Positions 1-11,600 of a DNA stretch of 37,459 nt are shown piece after piece. The notes beneath the pieces are model-generated. The model had not been told where the DNA came from, searched no databases, and saw only the letters and a list, made by a program, of their open reading frames with translations. The DNA is from a virus (Duplodnaviria > Heunggongvirae > Uroviricota > Caudoviricetes). How positions within the stretch are numbered: the first letter of the stretch is position 1; each line of letters opens with the position of its first letter. The DNA lies in IMG/VR virus record IMGVR_UViG_3300022562_000399; one strand, written 5' to 3'. The translations under genes were made by a program, and so were the position numbers.

Positions 1-2888
1 CCGTACACGGTTCCAGGTGCCCACCAGTAAGCCGCCCCATCATGCTCCAGCCCAATGATAGGAATGGTCTTTTGACCCCCGGTTCGCTGAAGGGCCGTTT
101 CAATCAAATTTTCAACAGAGTCGCGCAAATCAGCAACGGAGTTCGCCGCCAAACAGAAACCGTCCGAACACCCTGGTACTGGGCTCATGCACCCGGCACT
201 TCCTGAGATCCACACCGGAATCGGCCCTGGTGCTGTATTCCATGACCCAACCGGTGCGCAGTCACCAGTCGAAGTCAGACAGTTGTTGTGGCACGTGCCA
301 TCTCCCCCTCCCCCAATATCGTCGCAGTAAGCGTAACGAAGCGCGTTGCCAGTTCCGCCGTTCGTGTTGTCGCATACACCCCCCAATTCACAATCCGTAT
401 TTGTCTGGCACGCTTTGTACTTGTCCCAAGTCGTGTCACACGCTGCGTTCGTCGTGCACGCATCACGGGAGCCCCACGGCTGATTGATGCACTGTCCTCC
501 AGAACACAACCCATCGGGGGCCGTCGCACAAAACATGCAATCGGAGTTGTCCGTGCACGCTACTCTGCTGGCACAGTCGCTGTTATCAGTGCAATCACTA
601 CACGAATTAAGCCACTCCTGGCTCATCGTGTCCCCGAACATCGCATCACCGTCTTTGCCATTGATGCACGTGAACGTGTGATCCGACAAACGCTCTCGAT
701 TCGTCGGACTGCACTGACACGGGCCGCCATGATCGGTGCCACCGTAGCAATACCCACTGGCGTAGTAGTCGCACGTACCATCATCACAATCGGCATCCGG
801 ACAATCGGCATTTGTAGAGCATGACGGTGTTCCGACGTGGTTAATGCACACCGACCCGGAACAGATCGGATCGGGACTACAGTTGATTCCCTTCTTCGTC
901 CCACTCGAACAGTAATAGCGCGGCGACAAACCATACAGGCCAAGATCGTTTTGTCCGATCACCACCATCACAAAATCTGGGATCGAGGACACGCCCGAAT
1001 CATTGCGAAGATACAGTTGCGACATGTGGTCCGAATCCAACAGATCGTTAGAGTTGGACGGGGCTCCGTTCAGAATGCCGTAGGTTGCATCGGTCCACCA
1101 CCGCGTCACATCACCCGACGTAGCGCCGCCAACCGTTGCAACCGAAATCTCTGGGATGTCCAACAGCGCAATCTGGATACCCTGATGCACTTCATCGTTG
1201 TCAGTAATGCTGTCCCCAACCAAACGGAAGTGCACAGGGCCATCCGTATTCTGGTCGGTTGCGACAGCTTCCTTGACCACCACTTCCAGCTTCAGCCCAA
1301 CCTCCATCAAGATGTCCGAGATTCTAGTGCGGTCCGCCGATCCACCAGCCCCCGAACCCGTGTTGTCTCCGAGAACGTCCACCGAAGCCGTGGCTTGCTC
1401 ACTCAACTCATCCAACCCAGTCCCGCTGGTCGTCTCCAGGGCTACCATCTGATAGCTTTCGTTAATATCATCCACCACGTCGAACTCTGGTCCAGTAGCC
1501 TCCCACCCAGCACAGTCGGTGTTGTTCGAGCACAGATGAATTTGCAGCTTGTTGTGTGGGCTCGACCCACCTGTGTTCTGATCACGCGCCACAACCGTCC
1601 CAGAGATGGCTGTGACAATCCCGGCTTCATTGGCGGACCAACCAGTTGCTGGGCTCGGATAGGAAATCGACGCGGTGTCCACCCACACTTCGGGGCTAGT
1701 GTTCTGCCCCTGCGTCAGCACATAGCTCGTATCACCGTCGTGTGACGACGTACCGCTGGTCTGATCATCCGTACACGTCGGCGAATCAGTACAGCTTCCG
1801 TTGTACGGTGACGAAGGCGAGCCAGCAAGATCCGCTTCTGCCACAGTCCCGTTCGGAACGCTTTCAAAAATGCCGAAGGATACAATCGCCGCGTCAGCGT
1901 TCGTCCCGGTAGCCACCGCCAAGTCATCAAGACGAAGATTCAACGCCGGACCAAATTCGACACTCGCTACGTTGGCAATCTCAGTGGACGGACGAACTTT
2001 GAACTGCTTCCCAGCGCCACTCGATTGCAAGGAGCACGTCACTGTTCCGTCACCGTTGTCCTTCTGCGACATGGTGGCCTCGAACCACGCTGGCATATTC
2101 AACGTGACAGACACACCGTACGGAGATGGTTTGCACCACTGCTCTCCATTCGTCTGAGCGTGGCACTCGTTCGTTTCTACGACGGTATCTCCATCGTCAG
2201 TGCAAGCCCCCCACCCAGTAGGAACGCCTGCATACTTGTAGTTCACGCATTCCGATCCCGCTTGGGTACAGTCCGCAGCAACTTCGCACGGAGTGCACGG
2301 GTCGTCATTCGTGCCACCTGTGCAAACGTACTTGCTCGACCCGAAGAACGTATTCAGCTTCACCTTCCCGTTACCAAGCCATACGATGTCCGTGTAGCAC
2401 TGGTCGTTACTGCTGCCGTCCTTGAACGTCATCAAGCGATAGCTACCATCCGCCGACATGAGGTCGGGGCTGAACAACACATGTGCCGAAATTTCCCCAG
2501 TTGCGGAGAAGTAAGACGACCCAACAACTACCTTCTCGTCTGACTCGTCGAACCACAAGTGCCAATCGTTGTCGGCTGTTCCTGGCGTGATGCAGATGGA
2601 CGAATTGTTGCTCCCAGTTCTACAGTCGGCGTTCGACGAACAAAACCGCCCCTGATTCGCACCTGAGTCATACTGACACCAAGCTGTTCGTGCAGAGGCA
2701 GACGACAGCGTCGGATCTCCAGTCACCGAATCGAACACATACGTCCGATTCGTACTCTTGAACGGCACAGCGCAAGTGGTGGAGCCTGTATAGCACCCCG
2801 TCTCGAAGCCGGTCATGAAAACGACTTCTGCCGCCAACGCATTCGTAGCAAAGAAAACGCTTGCTACAAGACCAAGTAGTTTAGTCAT
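1..2888 (-). CDS. Partial (>962 aa, runs off the left edge) signal-peptide-bearing Cys-rich protein with an SGNH/GDSL hydrolase domain; not in the ORF track
   Basis: Hand translation from the ATG at 2888 (TGATG overlap with the upstream stop) is open to position 1. It starts MTKLLGLVASVFFATNALA|AEVVFMTGFETG. SGNH block I FRLVGDSIT at 1203-1217, block II-like VGGATSGDV, block III PDFVMVVIGQND at 945-956. Block V (DxxH) would lie beyond the window. Confidence 0.85.
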   Translation of the reverse strand, partial: MTKLLGLVASVFFATNALAAEVVFMTGFETGCYTGSTTCAVPFKSTNRTYVFDSVTGDPTLSSASARTAWCQYDSGANQGRFCSSNADCRTGSNNSSICITPGTADNDWHLWFDESDEKVVVGSSYFSATGEISAHVLFSPDLMSADGSYRLMTFKDGSSNDQCYTDIVWLGNGKVKLNTFFGSSKYVCTGGTNDDPCTPCEVAADCTQAGSECVNYKYAGVPTGWGACTDDGDTVVETNECHAQTNGEQWCKPSPYGVSVTLNMPAWFEATMSQKDNGDGTVTCSLQSSGAGKQFKVRPSTEIANVASVEFGPALNLRLDDLAVATGTNADAAIVSFGIFESVPNGTVAEADLAGSPSSPYNGSCTDSPTCTDDQTSGTSSHDGDTSYVLTQGQNTSPEVWVDTASISYPSPATGWSANEAGIVTAISGTVVARDQNTGGSSPHNKLQIHLCSNNTDCAGWEATGPEFDVVDDINESYQMVALETTSGTGLDELSEQATASVDVLGDNTGSGAGGSADRTRISDILMEVGLKLEVVVKEAVATDQNTDGPVHFRLVGDSITDNDEVHQGIQIALLDIPEISVATVGGATSGDVTRWWTDATYGILNGAPSNSNDLLDSDHMSQLYLRNDSGVSSIPDFVMVVIGQNDLGLYGLSPRYYCSSGTKKGINCSPDPICSGSVCINHVGTPSCSTNADCPDADCDDGTCDYYASGYCYGGTDHGGPCQCSPTNRERLSDHTFTCINGKDGDAMFGDTMSQEWLNSCSDCTDNSDCASRVACTDNSDCMFCATAPDGLCSGGQCINQPWGSRDACTTNAACDTTWDKYKACQTNTDCELGGVCDNTNGGTGNALRYAYCDDIGGGGDGTCHNNCLTSTGDCAPVGSWNTAPGPIPVWISGSAGCMSPVPGCSDGFCLAANSVADLRDSVENLIETALQRTGGQKTIPIIGLEHDGAAYWWAPGTVY

Positions 2889-5641
2889 CATGGGCAGCTA
2901 TTCGCTCCAGCCAATTTCGTCCAGGTACTTTCACCTGCTGGGCACGCGCAAATGTCCCCAGATTGGTCAACAATGATTTGCCCGAAGTTGTTGCTTGCCG
3001 AACACGAGGGCTCCGCAGAAGGAGCTTTCCACAATCTCAGATCACCGCCACGCCCGCTTTGCCCCAGATCAGCAAGTGCAAACGCTCCACTCTCTTGCAA
3101 CAACATCAAGTTCTCACCCCCATTCTCTTGAATGTAAAATTGGTTGCCGCTTGCCCCTCTCATCTTCAAAAAAACCTGAGCCAAAACCCCAGCAACCAAC
3201 GTCGGGCTAACGCTGAACGACTTCGTGCCGTTGGCATAGTACATGTGCAGGGGAGTCGCGGACGAACTTGTCCAATCCAAAGAAGAATCTGTTGAGTTGT
3301 ACTTCACCCCAACTTGATCCGTGTCCCCCCATGTATGCAGGACGTTCGATCCGGCCCAACGGTCAGGAATGTCGGACGCCAGAATGTCGTTCCCCTGCTT
3401 GTACACGGTTGGTGCCAACGTGAGTACCACCTCACCAGCATCTCCATTCGTGCTCGTAAACTCAGGGTAATTCAGCTTGGTGTATTGGCCGACATCCGTC
3501 ACACCGTTTGCGATGTACACGCCGGGGGGGAAGAAGTTGCTGCTTTGTCCAGGCCCCTGCGTGCTGAACGCGGGAAGCGTACACGACCCACACTGGGCGT
3601 TGTACCCGGTGTCAGTGTACGTGTCGTCGTAGCCGTGGCACTGGCTGCCGTCAATGCCGCACGAGCAAATGCGACACACGTCGGTGGCACTCAATTCCAG
3701 AGCAATCACGAAGCACTCGTCCAAGTTACCGTCGAACACTTCCGGACCCGTGTCCCACGAAATCTCAAACGCCGCCGTGTTGTCACCCACATCGACAGTG
3801 GTCGCCTTCGTACCGTTGACCGTGGCGTTGATGTAACCTTTGCCACCGTTCCCACCAGTGCTGTACGTCATGACCGCGTGTCGCCACGTCCCATCAATCG
3901 GCCACGAACTATTGGCCGAGAACCACTGTTGATCCCGGATCATAAAGTCGAGTCGGCTGTTGGTTTCGTCCGTCCGTAACCAGTAGCCCTGCGTGTCGGC
4001 CGCGCCACGCTTGCGCATGATCTGCTGCACGGTATTCGTTCCGCCAACATCAATGTTGCGCGCCCAGCACCCAACCGACCAGTCTCGCGTACCACCGTCT
4101 AGATTCGTCGTACCGCCGCAGGTAGCATCCGTGCACGAGAAATACTCGTTCGTGGTCGTGCTCCAGTTCAGCAGAGCCGACTTCGCACCCTCACGATGCG
4201 CGTTGTTGCTGGGCACCGTGTTGTTGTCGGTCAGGTCACAGGACGCGCCACACGTTGTCGCCGTGTCGTTCAACCGGTTGCCAGACGCCTCGTCCATCCT
4301 CCACACCGACAAGAAGTAAGGCGTCCAGTCTGGAGCCTGGGCAAAGGAGCAATTGCTACCGTCCGCCAAACAGGGCTCCTGCCCGTCGAAGTACACATCG
4401 CCTTGAAACGACGCCGCTGGCCTTTTCGTGTCAATCTCAATCGACGGTGTAAACGACACCGTGGAGATCATCCGTCGGCCGGTCCCAGACATCGTGTCGG
4501 GCGTCAGCGTCCCGTCGATCAACAGGTTCGCCAGATCATCCTGCGGAGGGTGATAGTTCGTCCCACTCACCACAATCTGGTCCGTATCCAACCCAGAAGC
4601 GTTCAGGTTCTTCTGAGCTATGAAGGCAAACGGGCCACCAGTATTCGGCTGCGGGTTCATGAAGACGTTGCGGAACGTAATGAACGCCTGCGGTGGTGCA
4701 TCGACCAAATCGTTGTCCACCTCGATCACGATGAACGCATTGTCTGGGTTCGCCGTCGCATCGAACGACTCAGGAGCCTCGACGTTCAAATCTTCCAAGT
4801 CGATCATGTTGACGATCGACGCATCACTGCCGTTGAGAACGTGCAAGAAGCCCTTCGCCTGCCCGGCAGACGTAAACGTGTGATCGTACGTGATCTCCCG
4901 CATCGAGAACGTCGCCAACCCCTTGCCGGAATTGCTGGCATCTACGTTGACCCCCCAACCCTCGATCTTGTCAAAACGACTGCGCGTGATGTGGAAGTTC
5001 GTCGCCCCCTCGTCCATCAGGATCGCATCGACTCCGGCATTGCGAAACCTCACATCATCGAGCGCCGTGCCAAAATCCAACCGGCCCTTGTAGTGAATCA
5101 GCGTATCAGCGGACCGTACCTGGGCAGCCGGACAATACCCGGCCGACTCACCACCAGACAGACTCAGATGCCGGATCGGGGTGTTGTGCGTAGACGTACC
5201 GGCTGTCCCGATCTCTATGATCGTGTCGCCGACACTACCGCACCACTCGATCATGGATGGCCCAGTAGATCCAGACCCCTCCTTTCCGTAGGCACCACGC
5301 AATTCAACTCCGTTCGGAATCACGAGCGTGTCATTGATCAAACAGTGGCCCGGTGGAAAGTACACGACACCGTTTCCGTCCGTTCCCTCAGTACCACCGG
5401 TCGCGGCAGCAATCGCGGCCTGGATCGCCTGCGTGTCGTTGGTCACGGCACTCGCTTCAGACGACCCGTCACACACGGGATGGTACCCGTTGCTGAAGTC
5501 TCGGACGTTGTACCACCCCTCCGGCAACGGCTCGGACGGGTTACACCCAGTTCCATCCGAATAACAGTTGAACACGGCGGCTTGAGCCGCTGCGGGAAAC
5601 AGGGCCAGCGCCAACACGAAAACGATGTGTCGTACTTTCAT
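2888..5641 (-). CDS. 917-aa signal-peptide protein: pectate-lyase-3-like beta-helix plus LamG/concanavalin-like jelly-roll (tailspike- or adhesin-like)
   Basis: Starts MKVRHIVFVLALALFPAAAQA|A. WYNVRDF...NDTQAIQAAIAAA..GVVYFPPGHCLINDTLVIPNGVELRG is the typical tailspike beta-helix start. WRMDEASGNRLND...WSVGCWAR...WRHAVMTY...FDGNLDE matches the Laminin_G_3 pattern. 24 Cys by hand count. TAATG overlap with the upstream gene. Confidence 0.8.
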   Translation of the reverse strand: MKVRHIVFVLALALFPAAAQAAVFNCYSDGTGCNPSEPLPEGWYNVRDFSNGYHPVCDGSSEASAVTNDTQAIQAAIAAATGGTEGTDGNGVVYFPPGHCLINDTLVIPNGVELRGAYGKEGSGSTGPSMIEWCGSVGDTIIEIGTAGTSTHNTPIRHLSLSGGESAGYCPAAQVRSADTLIHYKGRLDFGTALDDVRFRNAGVDAILMDEGATNFHITRSRFDKIEGWGVNVDASNSGKGLATFSMREITYDHTFTSAGQAKGFLHVLNGSDASIVNMIDLEDLNVEAPESFDATANPDNAFIVIEVDNDLVDAPPQAFITFRNVFMNPQPNTGGPFAFIAQKNLNASGLDTDQIVVSGTNYHPPQDDLANLLIDGTLTPDTMSGTGRRMISTVSFTPSIEIDTKRPAASFQGDVYFDGQEPCLADGSNCSFAQAPDWTPYFLSVWRMDEASGNRLNDTATTCGASCDLTDNNTVPSNNAHREGAKSALLNWSTTTNEYFSCTDATCGGTTNLDGGTRDWSVGCWARNIDVGGTNTVQQIMRKRGAADTQGYWLRTDETNSRLDFMIRDQQWFSANSSWPIDGTWRHAVMTYSTGGNGGKGYINATVNGTKATTVDVGDNTAAFEISWDTGPEVFDGNLDECFVIALELSATDVCRICSCGIDGSQCHGYDDTYTDTGYNAQCGSCTLPAFSTQGPGQSSNFFPPGVYIANGVTDVGQYTKLNYPEFTSTNGDAGEVVLTLAPTVYKQGNDILASDIPDRWAGSNVLHTWGDTDQVGVKYNSTDSSLDWTSSSATPLHMYYANGTKSFSVSPTLVAGVLAQVFLKMRGASGNQFYIQENGGENLMLLQESGAFALADLGQSGRGGDLRLWKAPSAEPSCSASNNFGQIIVDQSGDICACPAGESTWTKLAGANSCP

Positions 5642-8600
5642 TAGTCTAGAAACTCCACAGCGACTCCCACCACATACGAGGAGTCCACCTCGCTAACCGT
5701 TCCGGTAGTCGTAGTCGCGTCAACTACCGCCCTGAAGTAAGCCGTATCATCTGGCTGGCACGTACCATTGCACGTGAGTGCTGTAGTATTCTCCGCCGTC
5801 TCGATGTCGTTCGCCGTCGTGAACGTAATGTCCACCGACTGGGCAGTGCCCCATGTCGAATTGACTGCGTCCGAATCGCCACGGCACATACACGACACGT
5901 CGAAGCCAATCGTATTCGTGGCCGCCTGAGTCTGAATTGCAGACAATTGCACCGTAACCGGCGTGTTTGGGTTGTACTCTTCGGGCAGCTTCATCGACCA
6001 CTCAAACACCCCGCTGGCATTGTCGTCACACTGCACCGAATACATCGACGGCCCAGAGTTCACCGTGATCCCGGCTGGAGCCGTACAAATAGACCCATCG
6101 GCCACCATGTTCTGCACCGGGGGCTCAATCGTATAGGCAGGCAACGGACGATAGGACCAACTCGACAACGAATGCGCCACGCTCGTCAAGTTGACGTACT
6201 TGTTCCCTTTGGCCTTTACATTCGCCAGGGGTGAGATCCAGCGGATACCGCGCCCAACCCCAGTGAACACGTTGTTCTCGATCACGTTGTCCTGCATGTC
6301 AGCCCCGGAATTGCACCCGCTACTGGCCATCCATACGAACGCGCCGTCCTGCGTCGTCGTCACACCATCGCCGATCACCGTGTTCCCACGGATCTGATTG
6401 CGCTCCATCGTGTTGCTCGTTCCACCATTGCACCACAACGCGACCCCGGCGATGTTACCAGTCGAGGCCCGGAGGAAAATCTGATTGTTCTCGATGATGT
6501 GGTCGTCCACGTTGTTGCTGGTTCCGTCCGCGTACACCATGATCGCCGCGTCGGTATTCCCCGAGCCGTCCCCGCAGTTCTTCAGGACGTTGTCGGTAAC
6601 GATGCTGTTGGACGACTTGTCGATCGACACACACTGGCCCGTCGCGACGTTATCAACCACGTTTCCGGTGTTCGTGATGAACTTCGTGTTCGCGTTCTCG
6701 ATCCCGGTGAAGTTCACGTCTCGGATCTGGTTGTGTGCCACAGTCGAATTGATCGTTTTGGCGACACTGATGCCCATGGACGAATTGGTGCCGTCACCAA
6801 TCACGACGTTGTCCGTGATGATCAACCCCTCCTGCAACGCATCCGTGCTCCAGAACTCCATCCCAATTCTGTTGAAGTCCTCGCACACGTTGCCCGTGAC
6901 TTCCGTGAAGTTCGAGTCCTCACCAATCCACAGACAGTTCGAGTCATTGCCTCCAGCACCATTGCCGAGAGTCTTAAAATGGTTCCCCTTCACCTGGCAG
7001 CCGATACAGTTCTGGTTGAAAACCAAGCCGTAGCCACCGTTCTTCGCAGCACCGATGTTCGTGAACAGGCTGTTCTCCACGATCATACGGTTTGTGTTGG
7101 CAGACGACCCGACCACGCGGATTCCGCGATAGCCAAAATCGTCGAACCACACGTTGCTGATCTTCATATCGTCATTGTCACCGGTCAGGTTTCCAACCTT
7201 GAACGCGGCCACATCTCCATACGACGCTTGGTTGGAACTGTTTCCGTCTAGCTTGAGGTCCGACATCGTGAAATTGTCAGTCCCACTCGTGACGTTCGTC
7301 AAAAAGTAGTTCGACACCGCATCGTCGGTGGCTTCCTTCAAAACCGAGTTCCACCCACAACCCTTGATGTGCACGTTGCTCTTGTACGTCAGCGTAGACG
7401 ACACACAGGTCGCATTGCACGGGAACTGCACGATTCCACCGCCAGCCGCATTGGCTGCGTCGATCGCGGCTTGGATCGCGGCCTGATCGTCGGTCGAGTT
7501 GTCGCAGGCTGCGCCGCCAGCGTACGCCGGGTTCGTGATATCGAATATGGCGGCGTCGTCCGTGTACGAACACAGCCACGACGTGCCGTTACACACGCAA
7601 AGCTCGTCGGTGTCGGTGTCGATGTAGCTGATGCCCGGCGTCCGGAAGTTGCACGCAATCGGCGACGTTGATGCGGCGCCAAGAAAGCCGAGCATGAGCC
7701 CGGTATTGACGATGTTGCGGCCGTTGAACTCGGTAATCGCATCCGGGCCAGCCAAGCCATCCGGAGTGTACGAGTACCACTGGCGGTACGCTTCCCCACT
7801 ATCAGGGAACGTGGAGAGCCCAGGAGGCCCCGCGAGCATGGGCCAGGTTTCCGGGATGAATATTTGCTGGCCAGCGATAATCGTAGCATCGTCTGCGGCG
7901 TTGTTCGTCTGCTCGACTATGGCTGGTGTTCCGACTCCACCGGCCCCGGCAACGGCGAAGTTGTCGAAGTTCAGCAGGAACTGCATCTCTGGCGAATAGT
8001 CTGGGTTCGCCTTCAGCACAATGTAAGCGTCTTCTGGGTTATCGAGGGCTTGGTTCGCCTCGATGTACCCGTTCTCTATAGAGATGCGATTGATGGCGTT
8101 GTTCGGCTGCGCGCAGTCCGCATCAGCAGTACAGGATGGTGGGCCACACTGGTCAGTGCCAGAACAATCAGCGTTCGTCTCACAGGTGATGTTGTCAGTC
8201 ACACACCGGTCGTAGATACAGGTCTCGGCTCCCGTGCAGTCGCCGTTCGTGGCGCACGTAGTAGTATCCCAGCACCTCGTGATCGCATCATCACACTGCG
8301 TGTTCGTGGCCAACGTGCACGATCCTCCGTCCGTATCGACACGAAGGAAGCCATTCGCCGTATCCGACCCGGTCGTATCGAACGTGAAGTCACGAAGCGT
8401 AAGCTGGGCTCCAGCCCCTCGGCCTTCCAAGTTGAAATCAATGACGTATCCAACGACGTTGTCCGCTCTCCAATTCTCGAACACGGTATTGAGTGCGCCG
8501 TTCTCAAACTGCACGGCAGGGCCATCGAAGGCCGAGAACTGCACGTTCTCCAGTCGTGTGCCGGAATCAGTCGTTTGCCGGTAACGAATTGCGGTGTCCG

Positions 8601-11600
8601 CTCTGGTGCCACCACCTCCAGCGCCACCATAGAACAGCACATCCTTGATCCAGGCGTTGTGGTAATTGTCGGTCTGGTCGTCGTACTCTAGGATCGTACC
8701 TCCGGCCGCGCCAGTCCAATTGAGTCTCGAATTTTGAGAACCTACAGTCGCCGACCCTCGGCACCCTTGCAAAGCCACGCTATTCGACCACGCCAACGTA
8801 GCAGTCAGCGAACATGTGGTGTTGCAGGGCAACCGTACAATGCCCCCACCATCCGCCTCGGCCGCATCATGAGCCGCCTGAATGTTCGTAGAGTCACACG
8901 TGCCAGACACACGGTACACACCCAGGGCGCTATCCCGAACCGTTGCGGAAACTACATCAGGCGTTCCCGCCGCGAGGGAGAAGTTGATCTCACCGTCGTC
9001 AGCAAGACGAAGGGTCGCATCGGTGGATGCGGTGAACGTACCCGCATTCTCTCCGTCTTCGATTTCGACGGCACGTCCACCTCCAACCACTTGCGCATCG
9101 ACGTACGCCTTGATGGACTCGGCGGACGCTGGCTGCGTAGCAGTAGCGGTCGCCATCGTGTCGTCGTCAAGCAGGGTCGCCGCACCATCACACGTTCCCG
9201 TCAACGGAGTAACGACCGTCCAGGCATTCCCATCGCACCAGCAAAGTGTCCCCTGCCCGGTGGTCGTGTCCTCGTAAAAGTCGCCTAGCTGGCTCGTCGT
9301 GCAGGTATACGGCGCGGTTCCAGAGGACGGAGCCGTCAACTGCTTCCAAGTCGCAGCCGTCGTACACGACTCGAAGTAGGATTGATTGCAAACGTAGTAC
9401 ACGTCAAGCGTCGTGTCGTGGCAGAGCGATTGCCCCTTGGCCTTTCCACTGGTCTCACCTCGGCAGTTCGACGAGTCGAATGCGTCAGCAAAGCGCCGAT
9501 AGAGGCCGCCCGTGGGGCTGTTCGAGTCACCGACCAGCAACTTGCCGCGAGACGTGTCGAAACGCACCTCGCGGTTAAACAGAGAATCATTGATGCGTTC
9601 AGGAACTACCGGACCTTCACCCAACCGATCCTCGTTGTCCGACGCACTGATGAAGTTGCTGACGAACGACCCCGACATGGACGCGCCAGCAGCCAAATAC
9701 GTCGAGTCGAAGTCACCCCCAAAGAAGCCGTCGATGTTGTTGAACGAACTATTCTCGATGCGCAACCGCTCACCGGACGTGCTCGTCGTCCTCGTGCGCG
9801 CGATGACGTAGTAGGGTGGCGGGTCGCTGTCGAGAGCGGTGCTGGTAATGTCCCAAGTCACATCTTCGAGATGGATGTTGAGAGCGACGCTGTTGCTGGC
9901 GGCTCCATAGTTCAAGTCAATGAACCCGGCGTTGTTCGCACTCGACCCCATCTCCGCGTTGGTCTCGAAACGGCCGTTGGACACACTCACAATCGCAGCA
10001 GACGACGGGTTCGCCGTCAGGTCGAAGTACAGCAGGGCACGACCGGTCAAGGTCGTCACTTGATAGTCAGAAGTCCACCGATCCAGCGAGAACCCCTGCA
10101 AATTGGACGACGCAGGAAGGACGGTACGGATCGCGTACACGCCGAAGCCGTCGAAACGCACATTGCGCGCGTGGAAGTTGGTTATGCCGTTCGGCAGGTA
10201 GATGGCCGAATCGGTGTTTTGCCCGAAATGCGTCTTGTCCACGTCCAGGAAGATGTCTGCACCATCAGATTGCAGCCAATACTTCGGCGTGGTCGCACCG
10301 GCCCGCAAACTCATGCCCCCAAACCGGTAAAACGAATAGCCACCCGGCGCCGTGTTTGCGATGTGGAACGCCGCACAGTCCGTGCCTGGAGTACACGATC
10401 CTCCAGCCGTACCTTCCCACACAATGCGAACGTCTTTGTTCGACGACAGCCCACCAAGCAAGTCCGCACTCTTCAGGTTGATCGTCGCCGACAGGTCATA
10501 CGTTCCGGGGTGAATCTTGATCACGGGGAACCCGGTGGACGAATCCGACGCCGACACGCAGTTGGTTTGTGCGTTGTCGATCTCAGCCTGCAACGCCGTA
10601 GTGATGTCGGTACCGTCCAGCCCCTCTCCGAAGTAGATTGTGTCACAAGCAGGAGCCACGTTCGCAGTAGCGGCATCGACGTATGCTTTGATCGACTCCG
10701 CCGACGCTGGTACTGAGCCCGTCACTCCGGTGGTGAACGTATCGTCGTCAATCAACTCCGACTGCTGTATGTAGTCAGTGCAATCCTCGGCCACCCCACC
10801 AGCAGTCACCCCACCAGCGCCAGTGCCAGCCGCACAATTTCCACCATTCCCAGCAAGAGCCGTAGCCGTGCCGACATTCAACGCCGACGGAGCCGTGAAG
10901 ATGAAGTCGTCTGTGCTGGTCGGGTCCACCTGCACGATGTCGTTCAAGTTCGGCGTGTCCGCGATGTTGGACAGATTGACGGGGACCACCACGCCATCTC
11001 TCAAGTTCGCGGTCAGAACATCAGGAGTGCCAGTCGTCAAGATGAAGTTGATGTCCGCATCGTCTGCAATGCGGAACGTCGAATCAGCCGACGCTGTAAA
11101 CGTGCCGGCGTTGTTCCCATCCTCCACCTCGAACGTCTGGCCTGTTGCCCCCGTTCCGACTTGCTCCCAACTCCCAGATCCAACTCCACAGGTCTGCGCA
11201 AACGCCTGATTACAGAACCACAGAAAGCCAGTTCCAGTCTCCTGACAATAGGTACCACCCTTCGCGCTCGTCTGGTCGCAGTCGGCCACCTTGGTCGTGG
11301 GGTAGTACGTGTTGTAACTCGCCGTCTCGTCCCCGGCCCGCAACGCATCCCAATCCGACCGGACGGTTAGCTCGCCAACGGCTGTCGGATTCTGATTGAC
11401 CGAACTATTTGTGATAGTCCCGGCGTCAAGAATCACACGGTTTCCAGTCCCAGACGTTAGTTCGAGTATGTCTGACGTTCCGACCGGCAACGGCAGATCC
11501 TGATAGGCCGTCGGCCAATCGGTCCCAACGGAACCGGCAGTCTTGAAAATATTTCCGTCAACACCGGCATCGGCCTGGTTAAAGCTAGATGTTTCTACCT

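Noticed and set aside
153-911. Eukaryotic EGF- or Dickkopf-like gene insertion or contamination
   Set aside because: The region is in frame within a prokaryotic-style coupled ORF, has no introns, and similar Cys modules recur in the neighbouring genes.
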